Translations under genes and position numbers: made by a program
Assembly: GCF_011058155.1 (NCBI RefSeq)
Contig: NZ_JAALFC010000016.1
Span: 36,011 to 60,010 of the forward strand
DNA from: Litoribacterium kuwaitense
GTDB taxonomy: Bacteria > Bacillota > Bacilli > Bacillales > DSM-28697
Length of the DNA: 24,000 nt
Direction of reading: 5' to 3'
In this document: one piece after another, positions 6,990 through 15,025 of the stretch
Numbering within the stretch: the first letter of the stretch is position 1
How the letters are laid out: the number at the start of each line of letters is the position of its first letter
The notes under the pieces: model-generated
What the model was told of the DNA's origin: nothing
Database searches by the model: none
What the model saw: the letters and a program-made list of their open reading frames with translations, nothing else

Positions 6990-9104
6990 GTGACAAAACA
7001 ACATCATGGAAACCATTCACACCACAACCATCAAAGTGCAGATAAAACAGAACAAAAGGCAAATCGACGCACGGAGTCAATGAGCGACGAAAAACAAACC
7101 GGGCACGATCATCACCATAATGACCACCATTCCCAAAGTGGAGGACATCATGGAGGGCATGATCATAGCCATATGGTGTCAGATTTCAAACAACGTTTTT
7201 ACATTTCAGTCGCTGTGACGATACCGATTTTGCTATTATCACCAATGATTCAGCAGTTTCTGAACATCGACTTGGCATTTCCATTCGATCAATACGTTTT
7301 ATTTGCGCTAGCCACGTTCGTCTTCTTTTATGGGGGCTGGCCGTTTTTAAAAGGGATTATCGATGAAGTGAAAGATAAGAGTCCTGGCATGATGACACTC
7401 ATTGGTCTCGCCATTATCGTTGCATACGGCTATAGCTCATTTGTTGTCTTTGGCTGGCCGGGGAAAGATTTTTTCTGGGAGCTGGCGACGCTCATTGACA
7501 TTATGCTTCTCGGACATTGGATTGAAATGAAATCAGTCATGGGCGCTTCCAACGCCTTGCAAGAACTTGTCAAACTTATGCCAGACACAGCGCATCGGAT
7601 TGGCGAGGATGGCAAAGATGAAGAAGTAAAAATTTCCGAATTAAAAGCAGGAGATCATGTGCTCGTCAAACCAGGAGAAAAGATGCCCGTGGACGGTGTC
7701 ATTCTTGAAGGACAATCCGCAATTGACGAGTCGATGTTGACCGGAGAATCGGTCCCAGTCGAAAAAGCGAAAAACGACGAAGTGATCGGCGGTTCGATCA
7801 ACAAAGAGGGCAGTTTGACGATTGAAGTGAAGCACACGGGAGAAGATACGTATTTATCCAATGTCATTACACTCGTTCAAGAAGCGCAAGAGTCAAAGTC
7901 AAAAGCTCAGGATTTAGCTAACCGGGCAGCGAAGTGGCTCTTTTACATCGCTTTAGCCGCAGGTTTTCTCACTTTATTTACGTGGCTTGGCCTCGGGTTC
8001 ACATTTGATACATCGCTTGAGCGCATGGTAACGGTCATGATTATTGCCTGTCCGCACGCATTAGGATTAGCGGCGCCACTCGTGACTGCGGTGTCCACAT
8101 CATTGTCCGCGAAAAAAGGGTTGCTCATCCGCAATCGGACGCCTTTTGAAAGCGCGCGAAAGCTTGATGCAGTGATTTTTGATAAAACGGGTACATTAAC
8201 GAAAGGCGAATTCGGTGTGACCGATATTATTCCTGTTGAAGGTGAGGAAAACGAAGCCATTTTGCAATATGCCGCTAGCGTGGAGCAGCATTCAGAGCAT
8301 CCGTTGGCGACAGGCATTTTAAACAAAGCGAAGGAAGAAGAGCTTGATCTTGAGCCCGTCGAAGATTTTTCTTCTATGACAGGGAAAGGCTTGCGCGGCC
8401 GTGTAGCGGGAAAGGATATTTTCGTCGTGAGCCCTGGCTACGTACGTGACGAAGGCATTGCTTACGATGAAGAGGCGTTTGACCGGATGGCCAGTGAAGG
8501 AAAGACAGTCGTATTCGTCCTCGTCCAAGGTGAGCTGGCAGGGATGATCGCACTGGCCGATATGATCCGCGACTCTGCAAAAGAAACGATCGCCACGTTG
8601 AAAGAGCGCAATATTGATTCAATTATGGTGACCGGTGACAACAAGCAGGTCGCCCACTGGGTAGCGAAGCAGCTGGACATGGATGAAGTGTACGCGGAAG
8701 TGCTGCCAGATCACAAGGCAGATCAAGTCAAATCGATTCAAGCGGACGGCCGTAAAGTCGCGATGACCGGAGACGGAGTCAACGACGCTCCGGCACTGGC
8801 GACAGCCGATCTTGGGATTGCGATCGGGAGCGGCACAGACGTTGCGGTCGAAACAGCGGACATCGTGCTCGTCAAAAGCAACCCGAAAGACATTTTGTCA
8901 ATCATCGACCTGTCGCGCAACACGTATCGGAAAATGGTGCAAAACCTCTGGTGGGCAGCTGGCTACAACATTCTTGCCATACCACTGGCAGCAGGGATTC
9001 TCGCGCCGATCGGCATCGTGCTCAGTCCAGCAGTGGGTGCGGTGCTAATGAGTATTAGTACCGTCGTTGTAGCGATTAATGCACGGATGTTAACGGCGGA
9101 TTAA
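6990..9104 (+). CDS. copB: Heavy-metal P-type ATPase, P1B-3 / CopB type (copper exporter) with a His-rich N-terminal tail
   Basis: GTG start 7 nt after GGAGGG. About 60 His-rich residues (HHGNHSHHNH, HDHHHNDHH, GGHHGGHDHSH) stand in place of a CxxC domain. Motifs TGES, CPH (IIACPHALGLAAP), DKTGTLT, GDGVNDAP and MSIST in the last TM. Confidence 0.9.
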   Translation: MTKQHHGNHSHHNHQSADKTEQKANRRTESMSDEKQTGHDHHHNDHHSQSGGHHGGHDHSHMVSDFKQRFYISVAVTIPILLLSPMIQQFLNIDLAFPFDQYVLFALATFVFFYGGWPFLKGIIDEVKDKSPGMMTLIGLAIIVAYGYSSFVVFGWPGKDFFWELATLIDIMLLGHWIEMKSVMGASNALQELVKLMPDTAHRIGEDGKDEEVKISELKAGDHVLVKPGEKMPVDGVILEGQSAIDESMLTGESVPVEKAKNDEVIGGSINKEGSLTIEVKHTGEDTYLSNVITLVQEAQESKSKAQDLANRAAKWLFYIALAAGFLTLFTWLGLGFTFDTSLERMVTVMIIACPHALGLAAPLVTAVSTSLSAKKGLLIRNRTPFESARKLDAVIFDKTGTLTKGEFGVTDIIPVEGEENEAILQYAASVEQHSEHPLATGILNKAKEEELDLEPVEDFSSMTGKGLRGRVAGKDIFVVSPGYVRDEGIAYDEEAFDRMASEGKTVVFVLVQGELAGMIALADMIRDSAKETIATLKERNIDSIMVTGDNKQVAHWVAKQLDMDEVYAEVLPDHKADQVKSIQADGRKVAMTGDGVNDAPALATADLGIAIGSGTDVAVETADIVLVKSNPKDILSIIDLSRNTYRKMVQNLWWAAGYNILAIPLAAGILAPIGIVLSPAVGAVLMSISTVVVAINARMLTAD

Positions 9105-9276
9105 GTGGGATGCGTTTTGTATGCACAAGCGAAGGTGTCGCTCGTATGTCCCGATGTCACCTTCGCTGTTGATCCGTCGCCCGTCCTTTCTTAAACTAAT
9201 ATTGCGTTTAAGTGGGCAAGCGTTCTTAAGCTAGTGCTAAAAAAGAAAAGGGAACTACACCTGAATAAACTAAACA

Positions 9277-9330
9277 AGCGCATGACATCAAGGTTTAAAC
9301 ATTTGATGTCATGCGCTCTTCATGTTTTTT
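9277..9330. terminator. Bidirectional terminator between the convergent copB and amidase genes
   Basis: Perfect 15-bp stem AGCGCATGACATCAA / TTGATGTCATGCGCT with an 11-nt loop. T-rich sequence follows on the plus strand (CTTCATGTTTTTT) and on the minus strand (TGTTTAGTTTATT). Confidence 0.7.
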
Positions 9331-9373
9331 ACCCCCGAGGCTCATTGAAGCCCGCAGAATTGAGCGGATTTCT

Positions 9374-10902
9374 CTAGCGACGATTCGTTTGTGAGGTACT
9401 TTGTTCAGCGGTCGCCATATAAGGATTTCCTTGCATCCCGTGCCATAGGTCAGATTGCTCGAGATGATACGCTAAATTGAGTAAGCGATGCTCCTCCCCT
9501 TTTCCAGCCATCACTTGGACACCGAGTGGTAAGCCTTCGTCAGATAAGTGCAGCGGCAGAGACATAGCTGGCTGGCCGGTTAAATTGGCGAGTTGTGTAA
9601 ATGGTGTGTACGTCAAGCTCGGCAGGAACATGTCGTAAACGAGCGCCAACTGCTCACTTTGCTTGGCAGTGCGCATTTGTTCACGGAGCTGTTCCTGTTC
9701 TTCGCGTGAACGGGTGAGCTCGCCGACCTTTGGTGCTGTCGCGGCGGTTGCCGGTGTGATGTAAAAGTCGTACGTCTCGTGAAAGTGGGCCATGTTTGCT
9801 GCAGCACGATCCCAGGCAGCCAGGCTCAGCGAATATTCTGCGGCTGTAATCTGTGTGCCTGCAGTATGGAGCATCCACGATTCGATTTCTAAATCGTATT
9901 CTGTAAGTTTACGGTCTGTTGCCTGTTCGATCCCGCGAACGACTGCATCCATTTCCCCGCAATTCATGACATAATAATGATTCATTAAGTCTACGCCGTC
10001 GATTGGCGCCGCCATGTCTTCAACGATGTGTCCTTGTTCCTCGAGCATGCAGCGGTTTTTAAAACGGCACGCTTCGCACATTCAGAAACGGGTGTGCCGA
10101 CAGGAGACTCGGTGCTGTACGCAATCCGTAATTGTTTAGGGATCGGCTCTTTCATCGTCTCACGGTAAACACCAGGGTACAGCGGCGTTTGAAAAGCAGC
10201 GGCGGGCTGGATCGTTTGCGTCACATCAAGCAATGCCGCGCTGTCACGGACACTTTTTGCAAGGACAAAATCGATCGACGCCCCTTGCCACTGTCTGCCG
10301 ACACCTGGACCGACCGGTGTACGGCCGCGCGTCGGTTTTAAGCCGAACAATCCGGTAAATGAAGCTGGAATGCGAATCGAGCCGCCACCGTCACTCGCTC
10401 CCGCTACCGGAACGATACCTGCGGCGATGGCTGCTGCTGCGCCGCCGCTCGACCCACCCGGAGAATAGTCAGTGTTCCACGGGTTGCGTGCCGGCCCATG
10501 CAGCCGCGGTTCGGTAATATTTTTCAAACCAAACTCCGGCGTATTCGTATGACCTAACGGCAAGAGTCCCGCTTGTAACAATGCATCTACGAAGGCGGCG
10601 TTTTTCTCTGCGATCATATGTTGAAAAAGCACCGAACCAGACGTCATGCGTTCGCCTTCGAGTTGATGAGACAAGTCTTTCAATAACGTCGGAACGCCGG
10701 CAAAAAGACCACTGGATGGGGACTCGTCCGCAGTGGCTAACGCCTTTTCTTTACGCTCATGGACGACGGCGTTCAGTTCGGGATTCACTTTTTCCATTTG
10801 CTCAATACTCAGTGTCAGCAACTCTTTCGGCGTCACTTCTTTCTGACGAACGAAATCGGCTAATTCGGTTGCGTCGGCTTGTACATACGTATGTAAATCC
10901 AT
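9374..10902 (-). pseudogene. Amidase-signature family amidase, interrupted by a single frameshift (or an assembly indel)
   Basis: ORF 9991-10902 carries the AS signature ([41 protein letters not shown]). ORF 9374-10081 continues the same protein in another frame (MLEEQGHIVEDMAAPIDG...). The two frames overlap at 9991-10081. Combined length is about 490 aa. Confidence 0.8.
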
Positions 10903-11028
10903 GGAATCACCATATCTTTCATATTTTTCTAATTAAATCTATTCTATTATACTATACTGACAGATGAGAGGCGTCGTTCTCACCATATCATCTCACAGCT
11001 AAGAAGAAAAAAATTATCTCATTCGCTA

Positions 11029-11057
11029 TTGACGCTTGATAAAGTCTTCTATAAAAT
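11029..11057 (+). promoter_or_regulatory. SigA-type promoter candidate for the GNAT gene
   Basis: TTGACG (11029-11034), 17-nt spacer, TAAAAT (11052-11057), about 35 nt upstream of the ATG. Confidence 0.45.
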
Positions 11058-11090
11058 GAATCCAATTTCATCCAACAAGGGGGCTTTTGT

Positions 11091-11633
11091 ATGTTTATCC
11101 ACCAGATTGATGAGAAGGTCGCTTTACGCCTGATCGAGCCACGAGACGCAGAATGTCTTTTCGCACTAACGGATGCGTCGCGTCCATATTTACGAGAATA
11201 TTTACCATGGGTCGATCACACGAAAAAAGTGGACGATACAAAAGCTTTTGTCGATTCGTGTCGAAAGGGCTATGCAGAGAATAAGAGTTTAACAGCTGTC
11301 ATCCAGTTTGAAGGCGAAGTCGCTGGCGTCGTAAGCTTTAATCAACTGGACTGGACGAACCGGACGGCTCATATCGGCTATTGGCTTGGTGAAGGCTATC
11401 AAGGAAACGGCTTAATGACGAAAGCGGTTCGGGCGTTAACGAATTACGCGCTTCGCGATTTAGGCTTTCGTAAAGCAGAGGTGCGCGCTGCGGTAGACAA
11501 TCAAAAAAGCCGCGCCATTCCCGAGCGGCTCGGGTTTGTGAAAGAGGGGGGCATCCGCCAGGCGGAACGGCTCGGTGCCCGTTACGTCGATCATGTCGTC
11601 TATGGCATGCTGGATGAAGAATGGCAAGGGTAA
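11091..11633 (+). CDS. GNAT family N-acetyltransferase (RimJ/RimL-like)
   Basis: AGGGGG SD upstream. RimJ/L-like motifs (HIGYWLGEGYQGNGLMTKAVRAL, DNQKSRAIPERLGFVKEG). 180 aa. Confidence 0.85.
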   Translation: MFIHQIDEKVALRLIEPRDAECLFALTDASRPYLREYLPWVDHTKKVDDTKAFVDSCRKGYAENKSLTAVIQFEGEVAGVVSFNQLDWTNRTAHIGYWLGEGYQGNGLMTKAVRALTNYALRDLGFRKAEVRAAVDNQKSRAIPERLGFVKEGGIRQAERLGARYVDHVVYGMLDEEWQG

Positions 11634-11642
11634 AAATAGACG

Positions 11643-11681
11643 AAAAAAAGCTGCGGCATACGTTTAGCTCGCGGCTTTTTC
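11643..11681. terminator. Bidirectional terminator shared by the GNAT gene (+) and the SMR operon (-)
   Basis: A7-GCTGCG / CGCGGC-T5: 7-bp stem with one G:U pair, flanked by an A run and a T run. The loop contains the stop codon of the minus-strand SMR gene. Confidence 0.55.
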
Positions 11682-12026
11682 TCTGTTGACTTCTTGTGCT
11701 GCGGGTGCAGGCTGTCGCGCATTGAGTAAGACGATGCCGACGATGACGAGAAAGAGGCCGAGGAGTTTAACGATCCCAAAGCTTTCTTGAAACAAAATGA
11801 TTCCGATAAGCGCCGTCAGTGCTGTTCCGACACCAGACCATGTCGAATACGCCAACGACAAGGGAATGTAACGTAAAGCAAGGGACAGCATCGTAAACGC
11901 GACACCGAACCCGAGAAACACGCCGAGTGAAGGCCATAGTTTTGTAAAACCCTCCGACAGCTTCAGCATCGTCGAACCGAAGACTTCAAACCCGATCGCA
12001 ATGGACATATAAATCACCGCTCGCAT
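11664..12026 (-). CDS. Small multidrug resistance (SMR) protein, second subunit of a paired SMR (EbrB/YkkC-like)
   Basis: Four TM helices with the conserved TM1 Glu (FEVFGSTMLKLSEG). I prefer the ATG at 12026 (AAAGGGTGAG SD, 4 nt after the upstream stop) over the GTG at 12044. 120 aa. Confidence 0.85.
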   Translation of the reverse strand: MRAVIYMSIAIGFEVFGSTMLKLSEGFTKLWPSLGVFLGFGVAFTMLSLALRYIPLSLAYSTWSGVGTALTALIGIILFQESFGIVKLLGLFLVIVGIVLLNARQPAPAAQEVNREKAAS

Positions 12027-12030
12027 CAAC

Positions 12031-12348
12031 TCACCCTTTCGCACTATTTAATACGATCAGACCGGCAACCAGAAAAAAAAGCCCCCATACATTTTTGGCA
12101 GAGAGCCGTTCTTGAAACCACCAGACGCCGATCATCACCGTTAAGATCGTTCCGACGCCACTCCACGTTGCATAAACAATCCCGAGCGGCAAGCTTTTTA
12201 AAGCGAAGGACAAAAAATAAAAGCAAAGGCCAAAGCCGAGAAAAAAACCGATCGTCGGCCGAATGTGACGTAACCCTTCAGACAGCTTCAGCATCGTCGA
12301 ACCGAAGACTTCAAGCACAATCGCTAGACCGAGAAAGAGATAACTCAT
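12031..12348 (-). CDS. Small multidrug resistance (SMR) protein, first subunit of a paired SMR (EbrA/YkkD-like)
   Basis: 105 aa, four TM helices, TM1 Glu (LEVFGSTMLKLSEG). The ATG overlaps the TetR stop by 1 nt (TAATG). Confidence 0.85.
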   Translation of the reverse strand: MSYLFLGLAIVLEVFGSTMLKLSEGLRHIRPTIGFFLGFGLCFYFLSFALKSLPLGIVYATWSGVGTILTVMIGVWWFQERLSAKNVWGLFFLVAGLIVLNSAKG

Positions 12349-12890
12349 TACGCCTCGACCTCCATCATGTGTAAAATTCCTTCAATGACTTGTCGTGCTT
12401 CGTCTGCATCTGGCGGCGCCAAGGCAAACATATAGCTAAACCATAAGCCATCACAAGCAAAACGCAGCGTGAGCGCGAGGTGCGTCTGTCGAGATTCTTC
12501 TATTAAAAATTGCTGCCATTCCGCATACTGTTGCTGCCATAAAGAGATCAATGTATTTTGATTAGCCGCTGCTGCCAACAGCGCTAAGTTCATATTCAGC
12601 TCTTTCGGGTCCTCGAGGCTCACTAACGTCGCTTCCGCAAATGCTTTCGTAAACCGGTAAGGGTCATCATCTGCGAGCTTTTCAATCTCTTCATGAATGG
12701 TTTGATTCATAAACGACAGTGCCTTCCGGTTCATGCCTTCAATCAGTGCATCTTTCGAAGGGAAATGATACAAGAGCCCTCCTTTACTGACACCAGCCTC
12801 CAGTGCAACGGCATCAAGCGTCAGCTGATCAAGCCCTTGCTGGACAATCACTCGCGACGCTGCCTCAAGCAACTGTTCCTTTTTCGTCAT
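12348..12890 (-). CDS. TetR/AcrR family transcriptional regulator
   Basis: I prefer the ATG at 12890, which is preceded by GGAGGTGAG. The longer ORF to 12992 lacks an SD and runs into the promoter. HTH motif LTLDAVALEAGVSKGGLLYHFPSKDAL. 180 aa. Confidence 0.85.
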   Translation of the reverse strand: MTKKEQLLEAASRVIVQQGLDQLTLDAVALEAGVSKGGLLYHFPSKDALIEGMNRKALSFMNQTIHEEIEKLADDDPYRFTKAFAEATLVSLEDPKELNMNLALLAAAANQNTLISLWQQQYAEWQQFLIEESRQTHLALTLRFACDGLWFSYMFALAPPDADEARQVIEGILHMMEVEA

Positions 12891-12917
12891 GAGTGAACTC
12901 ACCTCCAATACAAGTAA

Positions 12918-12931
12918 ACCGTCTGGACGGT
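12918..12931. promoter_or_regulatory. Candidate TetR operator palindrome; a second one lies at 12949-12962
   Basis: ACCGTC-TG-GACGGT sits between the putative promoter and the tetR SD. AAAACG-TC-CGTTTT (12949-12962) abuts a minus-strand TTGACA (12967-12962) with TATTTT 18 nt downstream. The assignment rests on position only. Confidence 0.35.
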
Positions 12932-13019
12932 ATAGTAAAAATACACGAAAAACGTCCGTTTTGTCAATCAAAAAATATTGTACGGAAAACAAAAGATATA
13001 AAAAACGTGTAAAAAGAAC

Positions 13020-13046
13020 TAAACCTATGCTCGTTTATGACGATAT
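13020..13046 (+). promoter_or_regulatory. SigD (sigma-28)-type promoter for the flagellin array
   Basis: TAAA (13020-13023), 15-nt spacer, GACGATAT (13039-13046), compared with the consensus TAAA-N15-GCCGATAT. About 120 nt upstream of the first flagellin ATG. Confidence 0.65.
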
Positions 13047-13117
13047 AAGTGCTGAGGAGAGTGAGAAGTACTTCCTCGAATGGTGGAAAACCTCTCGTTT
13101 GAGAGTTCGCCATACAT

Positions 13118-13160
13118 AGGCACAAGGATGTGCCTATAAAACTAAACACATGGAGAGTGA
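13118..13160 (+). promoter_or_regulatory. CsrA-type translational control leader of flagellin 1 (GGA hairpin plus GGA-containing SD)
   Basis: Hairpin AGGCAC-AAGGAT-GTGCCT presents GGA in its loop. CACAAGGATGTG is close to the CsrA SELEX-type motif. A second GGA lies in the SD ACACATGGAGAGTGA. This layout resembles the B. subtilis hag leader sites BS1 and BS2. Confidence 0.6.
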
Positions 13161-13167
13161 AAAGGCT

Positions 13168-14034
13168 ATGATTATCAACCACAACCTACCAGCGTTGAAC
13201 ACTCATCGTCAATTGAGCTTTAACAACACACAAACGCAAAGCAACATGGAAAAGCTATCGTCTGGGTTACGTATTAACCGTGCTGGCGACGACGCAGCTG
13301 GTCTTGCGATTTCTGAAAAGATGCGCGGGCAAATCCGTGGTCTTGAGCAAGCGACTCGTAACGCCCAAGACGGCATCTCAATGATTCAAACTGCCGAAGG
13401 TGCAATGAACGAAACGCACAGCATCCTGCAAAGAATGCGTGAGCTAGCGGTTCAATCTTCCAACGACACGAACACAGATGCTGACCGTGGCGAGCTGCAA
13501 AAAGAATTTAATGAACTGATCGATGAGATTGATCGTATTGCAGGAGATACAGAGTTCAACACAAAGAAATTGCTTGATGGTTCTGCAGCAGATGTGAAAT
13601 TCCACATCGGTGCAAATGCAACACAAAATATTTCTCTAACGATTAACAACATGGATACGACAGCGATGGGAACTGATGGCGGCGGTGGTGGCGTCGCATT
13701 AAATACGCTTAAAGTTGATCCGTCAACAGGTACAGGTGGTATTCTAACGCAAACTGATGCAGATGCGGCAATTACTACGGTGAATAATGCAATCGAAACC
13801 GTATCAGCTGAGCGTTCAAAGCTTGGTGCGTATCAAAACCGTCTTGAGCACACGATCAACAACCTCGGTACATCAGCTGAGAACTTGACTGCAGCTGAGT
13901 CTCGTATCCGTGACGTTGACATGGCGAAGGAAATGATGGAGTTCACGAAGAACAACATCCTTTCTCAAGCGTCGCAAGCAATGCTCGCGCAAGCGAACCA
14001 ACAGCCACAAGGCGTTCTGCAATTACTTCGTTAA
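13168..14034 (+). CDS. hag: Flagellin, paralog 1 (288 aa)
   Basis: [16 protein letters not shown]...[28 protein letters not shown]-terminus and ...[26 protein letters not shown]-terminus. I prefer the ATG at 13168, by SD spacing and by alignment with paralogs 2 and 3, over the ATG at 13150. Confidence 0.93.
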   Translation: MIINHNLPALNTHRQLSFNNTQTQSNMEKLSSGLRINRAGDDAAGLAISEKMRGQIRGLEQATRNAQDGISMIQTAEGAMNETHSILQRMRELAVQSSNDTNTDADRGELQKEFNELIDEIDRIAGDTEFNTKKLLDGSAADVKFHIGANATQNISLTINNMDTTAMGTDGGGGGVALNTLKVDPSTGTGGILTQTDADAAITTVNNAIETVSAERSKLGAYQNRLEHTINNLGTSAENLTAAESRIRDVDMAKEMMEFTKNNILSQASQAMLAQANQQPQGVLQLLR

Positions 14035-14055
14035 TATGAGTTTGATTTAAAATAC

Positions 14056-14097
14056 AGGCACAAGGACGTGCCTCAAAAACAAACACATGGAGAGTGA
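14056..14097 (+). promoter_or_regulatory. CsrA-type leader of flagellin 2
   Basis: AGGCAC-AAGGAC-GTGCCT hairpin plus the ACACATGGAGAGTGA SD. Nearly identical to the flagellin 1 leader. Confidence 0.6.
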
Positions 14098-14103
14098 ACA
14101 AAC

Positions 14104-14967
14104 ATGATTATTAACCATAACCTACCAGCGTTGAACACTCATCGCCAATTGACTTTCAACAACACGCAAACACAAAGTAATATGGAAAAACTATCGTCTG
14201 GTCTCCGCATTAACCGTGCTGGCGACGATGCTGCAGGTCTAGCGATCTCTGAGAAAATGCGCGGACAAATCCGTGGTCTTGAGCAAGCGACTCGTAACGC
14301 CCAAGACGGTATTTCTTTGATCCAAACAGCGGAAGGTGCTTTAAACGAAACGCACAGCATCCTGCAAAGAATGCGTGAGCTAGCGGTTCAGTCTTCCAAC
14401 GACACGAACACAGATGCTGACCGTGCAGAGCTTCAAAAAGAAGTAGACGAGTTGGCACAAGAGATTACACGAATCTCGAACAATACAGAGTTTAATACGC
14501 AAAATTTATTAGGTGGCCATTTTAGCGGTACGTTCCATATTGGTGCTAACGAAGGTCAGAGTATTACACTTGCAATTGGTGCTATGGACGCAAACTCTTT
14601 GGGTGTTGATGACGGCACTGGGACCCCTGCTGCTGATGCGACTACGCCTGCTACAGCGACGGCTGGGATTGATATCTCAACACAAGGTGCTGCCGACAGT
14701 GCTATTACTGTAATCAACAATGCCATTGAAACCGTATCAGCTGAACGTTCAAAGCTTGGTGCATACCAAAACCGTCTTGAGCACACGATCAACAACCTCG
14801 GTACATCTGCTGAGAACTTGACTGCAGCTGAGTCTCGTATCCGTGACGTTGACATGGCGAAGGAAATGATGGAGTTCACGAAGAACAACATCCTTTCTCA
14901 AGCGTCTCAAGCGATGCTTGCGCAAGCGAACCAACAGCCACAAGGCGTTCTTCAGCTTCTTCGATAA
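14104..14967 (+). CDS. hag: Flagellin, paralog 2 (287 aa)
   Basis: Same conserved N- and C-terminal flagellin domains as paralog 1. The central segment is distinct (..[62 protein letters not shown]..). Confidence 0.93.
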   Translation: MIINHNLPALNTHRQLTFNNTQTQSNMEKLSSGLRINRAGDDAAGLAISEKMRGQIRGLEQATRNAQDGISLIQTAEGALNETHSILQRMRELAVQSSNDTNTDADRAELQKEVDELAQEITRISNNTEFNTQNLLGGHFSGTFHIGANEGQSITLAIGAMDANSLGVDDGTGTPAADATTPATATAGIDISTQGAADSAITVINNAIETVSAERSKLGAYQNRLEHTINNLGTSAENLTAAESRIRDVDMAKEMMEFTKNNILSQASQAMLAQANQQPQGVLQLLR

Positions 14968-14983
14968 GTTTGAATTAAATTAA

Positions 14984-15018
14984 AGCACATGGACGTGCTA
15001 ATAAACACATGGAGCGTG
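14984..15018 (+). promoter_or_regulatory. CsrA-type leader of flagellin 3
   Basis: AGCAC-ATGGAC-GTGCT hairpin with GGA in the loop, plus the ACACATGGAGCGTG SD. Confidence 0.55.
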
Positions 15019-15025
15019 TATAAAA

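Noticed and set aside
6990-7180. Repetitive CAT/CAC-rich sequence at the start of copB, a possible simple repeat
   Set aside because: It is in frame and encodes the His-rich metal-binding tail typical of CopB-type ATPases. It is not a non-coding repeat and is not CRISPR-like.
9128-9167. AGCGAAGGTG / CACCTTCGCT hairpin just after copB
   Set aside because: The stem is 10 bp, but the loop is 20 nt and no U tract follows. The perfect 15-bp hairpin at 9277-9317 is the more credible terminator. No other function is evident.
12889-13182. 76-aa (+) and 72-aa (-) ORFs between tetR and the first flagellin gene
   Set aside because: This region is better explained by the divergent tetR promoter and operators and by the SigD promoter plus CsrA-type leader. 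Neither ORF has an SD or a recognisable sequence.
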